Assembly (NCBI GenBank): GCA_964016885.1
Contig: CAXHJY010001472.1
Coordinates: 620,001-684,000 of the forward strand
Direction: 5' to 3'
DNA length: 64,000 nt
From: Eledone cirrhosa
Lineage: Eukaryota
Shown one piece after another: positions 10,401 to 25,000 of the stretch. A program made the position numbers and the translations under genes. Within the stretch, counting starts at the first letter, position 1; each line of letters starts with the position of its first letter. The notes under the pieces are model-generated. The model searched no databases and was not told where the DNA came from. It was given only the letters and a program-made list of their open reading frames with translations.

Positions 10401-13400
10401 TGGACGGCTGAAAATTATCTCCCCTTGGACGGCTGCAAATTATCTCCCCTTGATTTTTTTTACAAATTATCTCCCCTTGATTTTTTTTTATAAATTATCT
10501 CCCCCTGATTTTTTTTACAAATTATCTTCCCTTGGACGGCTGGAAATTATCTCCCCTTGGAAGGATGGAAATTATCTCCCCTTGGACGGCTGGAAATTAT
10601 CTCCCCTTGCACGGCTGGAAATTATCTCCCCTTGGACAGCTGGAAATTATCTGCCCTTGATTTTTTTTTACAAATTATCTCCCCCTGATTTTTTTTTACA
10701 AATTATCTCCCCCTGATTTTTTTTTTACAAATTATCTCCGCCTGATTTTTTTTTAAAATTATCTCCCCTTGGACGGCTGGAAATTATCTCCCCTTGGACG
10801 GCTGGAAATTATCTTCCCTTGGACGGCTAGAAATTACCTCTCCTTGGACGGCTGAAAATTATCTCCCCTTGGACGGCTGGAAATTATCTCCCCTTGATTT
10901 TTTTACAAATTATCTGCCCCTGATTTTTTTTTACAAATTATCTCCCCCTGATTTTTTTTTACAAATTATCTTCCCCTGATTTTTTTTTACTAATTATCTC
11001 CCCCTGATTTTTTTTTTACAAATTATCTCCCCCTGATTTTTTTACAAATTATCTCCCCCTGATTTTTTTTACAATCTCCGCCTGATTTTTTAAAAAATTA
11101 TCTTCCCTTGGCTGGCGGGAAATTATCTCCCCTTGGACGGCTGGAAATTATCTCCCCTTGGCTGGAAATTATCTCCCCTTGGACACTGGAAATTATAGCC
11201 CCTTGGAGGGCTGGAAATTATCTTCCCTTGGACGGCTGGAAATTATCTCCCCTTGATTTTTTTACAAATTATCTGCCCCTGATTTTTTTTTTACAAATTA
11301 TCTCCCCCTGATTTTTTTTTACAAATTATCTACCCCTGATTTTTTTTACATATTATCTCCCCCTGATTTTTTTTTACAAATTATCTCCCCCTGATTTTTT
11401 TAAAAATGATCTCCCCTTGGACGGCTGGAAATGATCTCCCCTTGGCTGGTTGGAAATTATCTCCCCTTGGACCGCTAGAAATTATCTCTCCTTGGACGGC
11501 TGGAAATTATTTCCCCTTGATTTTTTTTACAAATCTCCCCCTAATTTAAAAAAAAATTATCTCCCCTTCGCTGGCTGGAAATTATCTCCCTTTGGACGGC
11601 TGGAAATTATAGCCCCTTGTAGGGCTGGAAATTATCTCCCCTTGGACGGCTGGAAATTATCTCCCCTTGATTTTTTTTACAAATTATCTCCCCCTGATTT
11701 TTTTAAAAATGATCTCCCCTTGGACGGCTGGAAATGATCTCCCCTTGGCTGGTTGGAAATTATCTCCCCTTGGACCGCTAGAAATTATCTCTCCTTGGAT
11801 GGCTGGAAATTATCTCCCCTTGATTTTTTTACAAATTATCTCCCCCTGATTTTTTTTACAAATCTCCCAGTGATTTTTAAAAAAAATTTTCTCCCCTTCG
11901 CTGGCTGGAAATTATCTCCCCTTGGACGCTGGAAATTATAGCCCCTTGGAAGGCTGGAAATTATCTTCCCTTGGACGGCTGGAAATTATCTCCCCTTGAT
12001 TTTTTTTTACAAATTATCTCCCCCTGATTTTTTTTTTACAAATTATCTCCCCCTGATTTTTTTAACAAATTATCTCCGCCTGATTTTTTTAAAAAAATTA
12101 TCTCCCCTTGGACGGCTGGAAATTATCTCCCCTTGGACGGCTGGAAATTATCTCCCCTTGGACGGCTAGAAATTACCTCTCCTTGGACGGCTGAAAATTA
12201 TCTCCCCTTGGACGGCTGCAAATTATCTTCCCTTGATTTTTTTTACAAATTATCTACCCTTGATTTTTTTTACAAATTATCTCCCCCTGATTTTTTTTAC
12301 AAATTATCTTCCCTTGGACGGCTGGAAATTATCTCCCATTGGAAGGATGGAAATTATCTCCCCTTGGACGGCTGGAAATTATCTCCCCTTGCACGGCTGG
12401 AAATTATCTCCCCTTGGACAGCTGGAAATTATCTGCCCTTGATTTTGTTTTTACAAATTATCTCCCCCTGATTTTTTTTACAAATTATCTCCACCTGATT
12501 TTTAAAAAAATTATCTCCCCTTGGACGGCTGGAAATTATCTCCCCTTGGCTGGAAATTATCTCCCCTTGGACGGCTAGAAATTATCTCTCTTTGGACGGC
12601 TGGAAATTATCTCCCTTTGATTTTTTTAACAAATTAACTCCCTCTGATTTTTTTTACAAATCTCCCCCTGATTTTTTTAAAAAAATTATCTCCCCTTCGC
12701 TGGCTGGAAATTATCTCCCCTTGGACACTGGAAATTATAGCCCCCTGGAGGGCTGGAAATTATCTTCCCTTGATTTTTTTACAAATTATCTCCCCCTGAT
12801 TTTTTTTACAAATTATCTCCGCCTGATTTTTTTAAAAAAATTATCTCCCCTTGGACGGCTGGAAATTATCTCCCCTTGGACGGCTGGAAATTATCTCCCC
12901 TTGGACGGCTAGAAATTACCTCTCCTTGGACGGCTGAAAATTATCTCCCCTTGGACGGCTGCAAATTATCTCCCCTTGATTTTTTTTACAAATTATCTCC
13001 CCTTGATTTTTTTTTACAAATTATCTCCCCCTGATTTTTTTTACAAATTATCTTCCCTTGGACGGCTGGAAATTATCTCCGCTTGGAAGGATGGAAATTA
13101 TCTCCCCTTGGACGGCTGGAAATTATCTCCCCTTGCACGGCTGGAAATTATCTCCCCTTGGACAGCTGGAAATTATCTGCCCTTGATTTTGTTTTTACAA
13201 ATTATCTCCCCCTGATTTTTTTTACAAATTATCTCCACCTGATTTTTTTAAAAATTATCTCCCCTTGGACGGCTGGAAATTATCTCCCCTTGGACGGCTA
13301 GAAATTATCTCTCTTTGGACGGCTGGAAATTATCTCCCTTTGATTTTTTAACAAATTATCTCCCTCTGATTTTTTTTACAAATCTCCCCCTGATTTTTTT

Positions 13401-16400
13401 ACAAATTATCTCCCCCTGATTTTTTTTACAATCTCCGCCTGATTTTTTAAAAAATTATCTTCCCTTGGCTGGCGGGAAATTATCTCCCCTTGGACGGCTG
13501 GAAATTTTCTCCCCTTGGCTGGAAATTATCTCCCCTTGGACACTGGAAATTATCTCCCCTTGGACCGCTAGAAATTATCTCTCCTTGGATGGCTGGAAAT
13601 TATCTCCCCTTGATTTTTCTACAAATTATCTCCCCCTGATTTTTTTTACAAATCTCCCAGTGATTTTTAAAAAAAATTTTCTCCCCTTCGCTGGCTGGAA
13701 ATTATCTCCCCTTGGACGCTGGAAATTATAGCCCCTTGGAAGGCTGGAAATTATCTTCCCATGGACGGCTGGAAATTATCTCCCCTTGATTTTTTTTTAC
13801 AAATTATCTCCCCCTGATTTTTTTTTTACAAATTATCTCCCCCTGATTTTTTTTAACAAATTATCTCCGCCTGATTTTTTTAAAAAAATTATCTCCCCTT
13901 GGACGGCTGGAAATTATCTCCCCTTGGACGGCTGGAAATTATCTCCCCTTGGACGGCTAGAAATTACCTCTCCTTGGACGGCTGAAAATTATCTCCCCTT
14001 GGACGGCTGCAAATTATCTCCCCTTGATTTTTTTTACAAATTATCTCCCCTTGATTTTTTTTTATAAATTATCTCCCCCTGATTTTTTTTACAAATTATC
14101 TTCCCTTGGACGGCTGGAAATTATCTCCCCTTGGAAGGATGGAAATTATCTCCCCTTGGACGGCTGGAAATTATCTCCCCTTGCACGGCTGGAAATTATC
14201 TCCCCTTGGACAGCTGGAAATTATCTGCCCTTGATTTTTTTTTTACAAATTATCTCCCCCTGATTTTTTTTTACAAATTATCTCCCCCTGATTTTTTTTT
14301 TACAAATTATCTCCGCCTGATTTTTTTTTTAAATTATCTCCCCTTGGACGGCTGGAAATTATCTCCCCTTGGACGGCTGGAAATTATCTTCCCTTGGACG
14401 GCTAGAAATTACCTCTCGTTGGACGGCTGAAAATTATCTCCCCTTGGACGGCTGGAAATTATCTCCCCTTGATTTTTTTACAAATTATCTGCCCCTGATT
14501 TTTTTTTACAAATTATCTCCCCCTGATTTTTTTTTACAAATTATCTCCCCCTGATTTTTTTTTACAAATTATCTCCCCCTGATTTTTTTTTTACAAATTA
14601 TCTCCCCCTGATTTTTTTACAAATTATCTCCCCCTGATTTTTTTTACAATCTCCGCCTGATTTTTTAAAAAATTATCTTCCCTTGGCTGGCGGGAAATTA
14701 TCTCCCCTTGGACGGCTGGAAATTATCTCCCCTTGGCTGGAAATTATCTCCCCTTGGACACTGGAAATTATAGCCCCTTGGAGGGCTGGAAATTATCTTC
14801 CCTTGGACGGCTGGAAATTATCTCCCCTTGATTTTTTTACAAATTATCTGCCCCTGATTTTTTTTTACAAATTATCTCCCCCTGATTTTTTTTTACAAAT
14901 TATCTACCCCTGATTTTTTTTACAAATTATCTCCCCCTGATTTTTTTTTTACAAATTATCTCCCCCTGATTTTTTTAAAAATGATCTCCCCTTGGACGGC
15001 TGGAAATGATCTCCCCTTGGCTGGTTGGAAATTATCTCCCCTTGGACCGCTAGAAATTATCTCTCCTTGGACGGCTGGAAATTATTTCCCCTTGATTTTT
15101 TTTACAAATCTCCCCCTAATTTAAAAAAAAATTATCTCCCCTTCGCTGGCTGGAAATTATCTCCCTTTGGACGGCTGGAAATTATAGCCCCTTGTAGGGC
15201 TGGAAATTATCTCCCCTTGGACGGCTGGAAATTATCTCCCCTTGATTTTTTTTACAAATTATCTCCCCCTGATTTTTTTAAAAATGATCTCCCCTTGGAC
15301 GGCTGGAAATGATCTCCCCTTGGCTGGTTGGAAATTATCTCCCCTTGGACCGCTAGAAATTATCTCTCCTTGGATGGCTGGAAATTATCTCCCCTTGATT
15401 TTTTTACAAATTATCTCCCCCTGATTTTTTTTACAAATTATCTCCGCCTGATTTTTTTAAAAAAATTATCTCCCCTTGGACGGCTGGAAATTATCTCCCC
15501 TTGGACGGCTGGAAATTATCTCCCCTTGGACGGCTAGAAATTACCTCTCCTTGGACGGCTGAAAATTATCTCCCCTTGGACGGCTGCAAATTATCTCCCC
15601 TTGATTTTTTTTACAAATTATCTCCCCTTGATTTTTTTTTACAAATTATCTCCCCCTGATTTTTTTTACAAATTATCTTCCCTTGGACGGCTGGAAATTA
15701 TCTCCGCTTGGAAGGATGGAAATTATCTCCCCTTGGACGGCTGGAAATTATCTCCCCTTGCACGGCTGGAAATTATCTCCCCTTGGACAGCTGGAAATTA
15801 TCTGCCCTTGATTTTGTTTTTACAAATTATCTCCCCCTGATTTTTTTTACAAATTATCTCCACCTGATTTTTTTAAAAATTATCTCCCCTTGGACGGCTG
15901 GAAATTATCTCCCCTTGGACGGCTAGAAATTATCTCTCTTTGGACGGCTGGAAATTATCTCCCTTTGATTTTTTAACAAATTATCTCCCTCTGATTTTTT
16001 TTACAAATCTCCCCCTGATTTTTTTACAAATTATCTCCCCCTGATTTTTTTTACAATCTCCGCCTGATTTTTTAAAAAATTATCTTCCCTTGGCTGGCGG
16101 GAAATTATCTCCCCTTGGACGGCTGGAAATTTTCTCCCCTTGGCTGGAAATTATCTCCCCTTGGACACTGGAAATTATAGCCCCTTGGAGGGCTGGAAAT
16201 TATCTTCCCTTGGACGGCTGGAAATTATCTCCCCTTGATTTTTTTACAAATTATCTGCCCCTGATTTTTTTTTACAAATTATCTCCCCCTGATTTTTTTT
16301 TACAAATTATCTACCCCTGATTTTTTTTACAAATTATCTCCCCCTGATTTTTTTTTTACAAATTATCTCCCCCTGATTTTTTTAAAAATGATCTCCCCTT

Positions 16401-19400
16401 GGACGGCTGGAAATGATCTCCCCTTGGCTGGTTGGAAATTATCTCCCCTTGGACCGCTAGAAATTATCTCTCCTTGGACGGCTGGAAATTATTTCCCCTT
16501 GATTTTTTTTACAAATCTCCCCCTAATTTAAAAAAAAATTATCTCCCCTTCGCTGGCTGGAAATTATCTCCCTTTGGACGGCTGGAAATTATAGCCCCTT
16601 GTAGGGCTGGAAATTATCTCCCCTTGGACGGCTGGAAATTATCTCCCCTTGATTTTTTTTACAAAATATCTCCCCCTGATTTTTTTAAAAATGATCTCCC
16701 CTTGGACGGCTGGAAATGATCTCCCCTTGGCTGGTTGGAAATTATCTCCCCTTGGACCGCTAGAAATTATCTCTCCTTGGATGGCTGGAAATTATCTCCC
16801 CTTGATTTTTCTACAAATTATCTCCCCCTGATTTTTTTTACAAATCTCCCAGTGATTTTTAAAAAAAATTTTCTCCCCTTCGCTGGCTGGAAATTATCTC
16901 CCCTTGGACGCTGGAAATTATAGCCCCTTGGAAGGCTGGAAATTATCTTCCCATGGACGGCTGGAAATTATCTCCCCTTGATTTTTTTTTACAAATTATC
17001 TCCCCCTGATTTTTTTTTTACAAATTATCTCCCCCTGATTTTTTTTAACAAATTATCTCCGCCTGATTTTTTTAAAAAAATTATCTCCCCTTGGACGGCT
17101 GGAAATTATCTCCCCTTGGACGGCTGGAAATTATCTCCCCTTGGACGGCTAGAAATTACCTCTCCTTGGACGGCTGAAAATTATCTCCCCTTGGACGGCT
17201 GCAAATTATCTCCCCTTGATTTTTTTTACAAATTATCTCCCCTTGATTTTTTTTTATAAATTATCTCCCCCTGATTTTTTTTACAAATTATCTTCCCTTG
17301 GACGGCTGGAAATTATCTCCCCTTGGAAGGATGGAAATTATCTCCCCTTGGACGGCTGGAAATTATCTCCCCTTGCACGGCTGGAAATTATCTCCCCTTG
17401 GACAGCTGGAAATTATCTGCCCTTGATTTTTTTTTTACAAATTATCTCCCCCTGATTTTTTTTTACAAATTATCTCCCCCTGATTTTTTTTTTACAAATT
17501 ATCTCCGCCTGATTTTTTTTTTAAATTATCTCCCCTTGGACGGCTGGAAATTATCTCCCCTTGGACGGCTGGAAATTATCTTCCCTTGGACGGCTAGAAA
17601 TTACCTCTCGTTGGACGGCTGAAAATTATCTCCCCTTGGACGGCTGGAAATTATCTCCCCTTGATTTTTTTACAAATTATCTGCCCCTGATTTTTTTTTA
17701 CAAATTATCTCCCCCTGATTTTTTTTTACAAATTATCTCCCCCTGATTTTTTTTTACAAATTATCTCCCCCTGATTTTTTTTTTACAAATTATCTCCCCC
17801 TGATTTTTTTACAAATTATCTCCCCCTGATTTTTTTTACAATCTCCGCCTGATTTTTTAAAAAATTATCTTCCCTTGGCTGGCGGGAAATTATCTCCCCT
17901 TGGACGGCTGGAAATTATCTCCCCTTGGCTGGAAATTATCTCCCCTTGGACACTGGAAATTATAGCCCCTTGGAGGGCTGGAAATTATCTTCCCTTGGAC
18001 GGCTGGAAATTATCTCCCCTTGATTTTTTTACAAATTATCTGCCCCTGATTTTTTTTTACAAATTATCTCCCCCTGATTTTTTTTTACAAATTATCTACC
18101 CCTGATTTTTTTTACAAATTATCTCCCCCTGATTTTTTTTTTACAAATTATCTCCCCCTGATTTTTTTAAAAATGATCTCCCCTTGGACGGCTGGAAATG
18201 ATCTCCCCTTGGCTGGTTGGAAATTATCTCCCCTTGGACCGCTAGAAATTATCTCTCCTTGGACGGCTGGAAATTATTTCCCCTTGATTTTTTTTACAAA
18301 TCTCCCCTTAATTTAAAAAAAAATTATCTCCCCTTCGCTGGCTGGAAATTATCTCCCTTTGGACGGCTGGAAATTATAGCCCCTTGTAGGGCTGGAAATT
18401 ATCTCCCCTTGGACGGCTGGAAATTATCTCCCCTTGATTTTTTTTACAAATTATCTCCCCCTGATTTTTTTAAAAATGATCTCCCCTTGGACGGCTGGAA
18501 ATGATCTCCCCTTGGCTGGATGGAAATTATCTCCCCTTGGACCGCTAGAAATTATCTCTCCTTGGATGGCTGGAAATTATCTCCCCTTGATTTTTTTACA
18601 AATTATCTCCCCCTGATTTTTTTTACAAATCTCCCAGTGATTTTTAAAAAAAATTTTCTCCCCTTCGCTGGCTGGAAATTATCTCCCCTTGGACGCTGGA
18701 AATTATAGCCCCTTGGAAGGCTGGAAATTATCTTCCCTTGGACGGCTGGAAATTATCTCCCCTTGATTTTTTTTTACAAATTATCTCCCCCTGATTTTTT
18801 TTTTTACAAATTATCTCCCCCTGATTTTTTTTAACAAATTATCTCCGCCTGATTTTTTTAAAAAAATTATCTCCCCTTGGACGGCTGGAAATTATCTCCC
18901 CTTGGACGGCTGGAAATTATCTCCCCTTGGACGGCTAGAAATTACCTCTCCTTGGACGGCTGAAAATTATCTCCCCTTGGACGGCTGCAAATTATCTCCC
19001 CTTGATTTTTTTTACAAATTATCTCCCCTTGATTTTTTTTTACAAATTATCTCCCCCTGATTTTTTTTACAAATTATCTTCCCTTGGACGGCTGGAAATT
19101 ATCTCCCCTTGGAAGGATGGAAATTATCTCCCCTTGGACGGCTGGAAATTATCTCCCCTTGCACGGCTGGAAATTATCTCCCCGTGGACAGCTGGAAATT
19201 ATCTGCCCTTGATTTTGTTTTTACAAATTATCTCCCCCTGATTTTTTTTACAAATTATCTCCACCTGATTTTTTTAAAAATTATCTCCCCTTGGACGGCT
19301 GGAAATTATCTCCCCTTGGCTGGAAATTATCTCCCCTTGGACGGCTAGAAATTATCTCTCTTTGGACGGCTGGAAATTATCTCCCTTTGATTTTTTTAAC

Positions 19401-19689
19401 AAATTATCTCCCTCTGATTTTTTTTACAAATCTCCCCCTGATTTTTTTAAAAAAATTATCTCCCCTTCGCTGGCTGGAAATTATCTCCCCTTGGACACTG
19501 GAAATTATAGCCCCCTGGAGGGCTGGAAATTATCTTCCCTTGGACGGCTGGAAATTATCTCCCCTTGATTTTTTTTACAAATTATCTCCCCCTGATTTTT
19601 TTTTACAAATTATCTCCCCCTGATTTTTTTTACAAATTATCTCCCCCTGATTTTTTTTTACAAATTATCTCCCCCTGATATTTTTTTTA

Positions 19690-20490
19690 CAAATTATCTC
19701 CGCCTGATTTTTTTAAAAAAATTATCTCCCCTTGGACGGCTGGAAATTATCTCCCCTTGGACGGCTGGAAATTATCTCCCCTTGGACGGCTAGAAATTAC
19801 CTCTCCTTGGACGGCTGAAAATTATCTCCCCTTGGACGGCTGCAAATTATCTCCCCTTGATTTTTTTTACAAATTATCTCCCCTTGATTTTTTTTTATAA
19901 ATTATCTCCCCCTGATTTTTTTTACAAATTATCTTCCCTTGGACGGCTGGAAATTATCTCCCCTTGGAAGGATGGAAATTATCTCCCCTTGGACGGCTGG
20001 AAATTATCTCCCCTTGCACGGCTGGAAATTATCTCCCCTTGGACAGCTGGAAATTATCTGCCCTTGATTTTTTTTTACAAATTATCTCCCCCTGATTTTT
20101 TTTTACAAATTATCTCCCCCTGATTTTTTTTTTACAAATTATCTCCGCCTGATTTTTTTTTAAAATTATCTCCCCTTGGACGGCTGGAAATTATCTCCCC
20201 TTGGACGGCTGGAAATTATCTTCCCTTGGACGGCTAGAAATTACCTCTCCTTGGACGGCTGAAAATTATCTCCCCTTGGACGGCTGCAAATTATCTCCCC
20301 TTGATTTTTTTTACAAATTATCTCCCCTTGATTTTTTTTTATATATTATCTCCCCCTGATTTTTTTTACAAATTATCTTCCCTTGGACGGCTGGAAATTA
20401 TCTCCCCTTGGAAGGATGGAAATTATCTCCCCTTGGACGGCTGGAAATTATCTCCCCTTGCACGGCTGGAAATTATCTCCCCTTGGACGG
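19690..20490 (+). repeat. ~444-bp local tandem duplication (paralogues near 35.35-36.4 kb and 49.36-50.16 kb)
   Basis: ORF-track offsets 19857/20301, 35508/35952 and 49528/49972 all equal 444. The second copy carries a private TATATATT variant. Confidence 0.8.
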
Positions 20491-22079
20491 CTGGAAATTA
20501 TCTCCCCTTGATTTTTTTACAAATTATCTGCCCCTGATTTTTTTTTACAAATTATCTCCCCCTGATTTTTTTTTACAAATTATCTCCCCCTGATTTTTTT
20601 TTACAAATTATCTCCCCCTGATTTTTTTTTTACAAATTATCTCCCCCTGATTTTTTTACAAATTATCTCCCCCTGATTTTTTTTACAATCTCCGCCTGAT
20701 TTTTTAAAAAATTATCTTCCCTTGGCTGGCGGGAAATTATCTCCCCTTGGACGGCTGGAAATTATCTCCCCTTGGCTGGAAATTATCTCCCCTTGGACAC
20801 TGGAAATTATAGCCCCTTGGAGGGCTGGAAATTATCTTCCCTTGGACGGCTGGAAATTATCTCCTCTTGATTTTTTTACAAATTATCTGCCCCTGATTTT
20901 TTTTTTACAAATTATCTCCCCCTGATTTTTTTTTTACAAATTATCTACCCCTGATTTTTTTTACAAATTATCTCCCCCTGATTATTTTTTTACAAATTAT
21001 CTCCCCCTGATTTTTTAAAAAATGATCTCCCCTTGGACGGCTGGAAATGATCTCCCCTTGGCTGGTTGGAAATTATCTCCCCTTGGACCGCTAGAAATTA
21101 TCTCTCCTTGGACGGCTGGAAATTATTTCCCCTTGATTTTTATTACAAATCTCCCCCTAATTTAAAAAAAAATTATCTCCCCTTCGCTGGCTGGAAATTA
21201 TCTCCCTTTGGACGGCTGGAAATTATAGCCCCTTGTAGGGCTGGAAATTATCTCCCCTTGGACGGCTGGAAATTATCTCCCCTTGGCTGGTTGGAAATTA
21301 TCTCCCCTTGGACCGCTAGAAATTATCTCTCCTTGGATGGCTGGAAATTATCTCCCCTTGATTTTTTTACAAATTATCTCCCCCTGATTTTTTTTACAAA
21401 TCTCCCAGTGATTTTTAAAAAAAATTTTCTCCCCTTCGCTGGCTGGAAATTATCTCCCCTTGGACGCTGGAAATTATAGCCCCTTGGAAGGCTGGAAATT
21501 ATCTTCCCTTGGACGGCTGGAAATTATCTCCCCTTGATTTTTTTTTACAAATTATCTCCCCCTGATTTTTTTTTTACAAATTATCTCCCCCTGATTTTTT
21601 TTAACAAATTATCTCCGCCTGATTTTTTTAAAAAAATTATCTCCCCTTGGACGGCTGGAAATTATCTCCCCTTGGACGGCTGGAAATTATCTCCCCTTGG
21701 ACGGCTAGAAATTACCTCTCCTTGGATGGCTGAAAATTATCTCCCCTTGGACGGCTGCAAATTATCTCCCCTTGATTTTTTTTACAAATTATCTCCCCTT
21801 GATTTTTTTTATAAATTATCTCCCCCTGATTTTTTTTACAAATTATCTTCCCTTGGACGGCTGGAAATTATCTCCCCTTGGAAGGATGGAAATTATCTCC
21901 CCTTGGACGGCTGGAAATTATCTCCCCTTGCACGGCTGGAAATTATCTCCCCTTGGACAGCTGGAAATTATCTGCCCTTGATTTTTTTTTACAAATTATC
22001 TCCCCCTGATTTTTTTTTACAAATTATCTCCCCCTGATTTTTTTTTTACAAATTATCTCCGCCTGATTTTTTTTTTAAA

Positions 22080-25000
22080 TTATCTCCCCTTGGACGGCTG
22101 GAAATTATCTCCCCTTGATTTTTTTACAAATTATCTGCCCCTGATTTTTTTTTACAAATTATCTCCCCCTGATTTTTTTTTACAAATTATCTCCCCCTGA
22201 TTTTTTTTTACTAATTATCTCCCCCTGATTTTTTTTTTACAAATTATCTCCCCCTGATTTTTTTACAAATTATCTCCCCCTGATTTTTTTTACAATCTCC
22301 GCCTGATTTTTTAAAAAATTATCTTCCCTTGGCTGGCGGGAAATTATCTCCCCTTGGACGGTTGGAAATTATCTCCCCTTGGCTGGAAATTATCTCCCCT
22401 TGGACACTGGAAATTATAGCCCCTTGGAGGGCTGGAAATTATCTTCCCTTGGACGGCTGGAAATTATCTCCCCTTGATTTTTTTTTACAAATTATCTCCC
22501 CCTGATTTTTTTTTTACAAATTATCTCCGCCTGATTTTTTTAAAAAAATTATCTCCCCTTGGACGGCTGGAAATTATCTCCCCTTGGACGGCTGGAAATT
22601 ATCTCCCCTTGGACGGCTAGAAATTATCTCCCCTTGATTTTTTTTACAAATTATCTCCCCTTGATTTTTTTTTATAAATTATCTCCCCCTGATTTTTTTT
22701 ACAAATTATCTTACCTTGGACGGCTGGAAATTATCTCCCCTTGGAAGGATGGAAATTATCTCCCCTTGGACGGCTGGAAATTATCTCCCCTTGCACGGCT
22801 GGAAATTATCTCCCCTTGGACAGCTGGAAATTATCTGCCCTTGATTTTTTTTTACAAATTATCTCCCCATGATTTTTTTTTACAAATTATCTCCCCCTGA
22901 TTTTTTTTTTACAAATTATCTCCGCCTGATTTTTTTTTAAAATTATCTCCCCTTGGACGGCTGGAAATTATCTCCCCTTGGACGGCTGGAAATTATCTTC
23001 CCTTGGACGGCTAGAAATTACCTCTCCTTGGACAGCTGGAAATTATCTGCCCTTGATTTTGTTTTTACAAATTATCTCCCCCTGATTTTTTTTACAAATT
23101 ATCTCCACCTGATTTTTAAAAAAATTATCTCCCCTTGGACGGCTGGAAATTATCTCCCCTTGGCTGGAAATTATCTCCCCTTGGACGGCTAGAAATTATC
23201 TCTCTTTGGACGGCTGGAAATTATCTCCCTTTGATTTTTTTAACAAATTATCTCCCTCTGATTTTTTTTACAAATCTCCCCCTGATTTTTTTAAAAAAAT
23301 TATCTCCCCTTCGCTGGCTGGAAATTATCTCCCCTTGGACACTGGAAATTATAGCCCCCTGGAGGGCTGGAAATTATCTTCCCTTGGACGGCTGGAAATT
23401 ATCTCCCCTTGATTTTTTTTACAAATTATCTCCCCCTGATTTTTTTTTACAAATTATCTCCCCCTGATATTTTTTTTACAAATTATCTCCGCCTGATTTT
23501 TTTAAAAAAATTATCTCCCCTTGGACTGCTGGAAATTATCTCCCCTTGGACGGCTGGAAATTATCTCCCCTTGGACGGCTAGAAATTACCTCTCCTTGGA
23601 CGGCTGAAAATTATCTCCCCTTGGACGGCTGCAAATTATCTCCCCTTGATTTTTATTACAAATTATCTCCCCTTGATTTTTTTTTATAAATTATCTCCCC
23701 CTGATTTTTTTTACAAATTATCTTCCCTTGGACGGCTGGAAATTATCTCCCCTTGGAAGGATGGAAATTATCTCCCCTTGGACGGCTGGAAATTATCTCC
23801 CCTTGATTTTTTTACAAATTATCTGCCCCTGATTTTTTTTTACAAATTATCTCCCCCTGATTTTTTTTTACAAATTATCTCCCCCTGATTTTTTTTTACT
23901 AATTATCTCCCCCTGATTTTTTTTTTACAAATTATCTCCCCCTGATTTTTTTACAAATTATCTCCCCCTGATTTTTTTTACAATCTCCGCCTGATTTTTT
24001 AAAAAATTATCTTCCCTTGGCTGGCGGGAAATTATCTCCCCTTGGACGGTTGGAAATTATCTCCCCTTGGCTGGAAATTATCTCCCCTTGGACACTGGAA
24101 ATTATAGCCCCTTGGAGGGCTGGAAATTATCTTCCCTTGGACGGCTGGAAATTATCTCCCCTTGATTTTTTTACAAATTATCTGCCCCTGATTTTTTTTT
24201 TACAAATTATCTCCCCCTGATTTTTTTTTACAAATTATCTACCCCTGATTTTTTTTACAAATTATCTCCCCCTGATTTTTTTTTTACAAATTATCTCCCC
24301 CTGATTTTTTTAAAAATGATCTCCCCTTGGACGGCTGGAAATGATCTCCCTTTGGCTGGTTGGAAATTATCTCCCCTTGGACGGCTGAAAATTATCTCCC
24401 CTTGGACGGCTGCAAATTATCTCCCCTTGATTTTTTTTACAAATTATCTCCCCTTGATTTTTTTTTACAAATTATCTCCCCCTGATTTTTTTTACAAATT
24501 ATCTTCCCTTGGACGGCTGGAAATTATCTCCGCTTGGAAGGATGGAAATTATCTCCCCTTGGACGGCTGGAAATTATCTCCCCTTGCACGGCTGGAAATT
24601 ATCTCCCCTTGGACAGCTGGAAATTATCTGCCCTTGATTTTGTTTTTACAAATTATCTCCCCCTGATTTTTTTTACAAATTATCTCCACCTGATTTTTTT
24701 AAAAATTATCTCCCCTTGGACGGCTGGAAATTATCTCCCCTTGGACGGCTAGAAATTATCTCTCTTTGGACGGCTGGAAATTATCTCCCTTTGATTTTTT
24801 AACAAATTATCTCCCTCTGATTTTTTTTACAAATCTCCCCCTGATTTTTTTACAAATTATCTCCCCCTGATTTTTTTTACAATCTCCGCCTGATTTTTTA
24901 AAAAATTATCTTCCCTTGGCTGGCGGGAAATTATCTCCCCTTGGACGGCTGGAAATTTTCTCCCCTTGGCTGGAAATTATCTCCCCTTGGACACTGGAAA

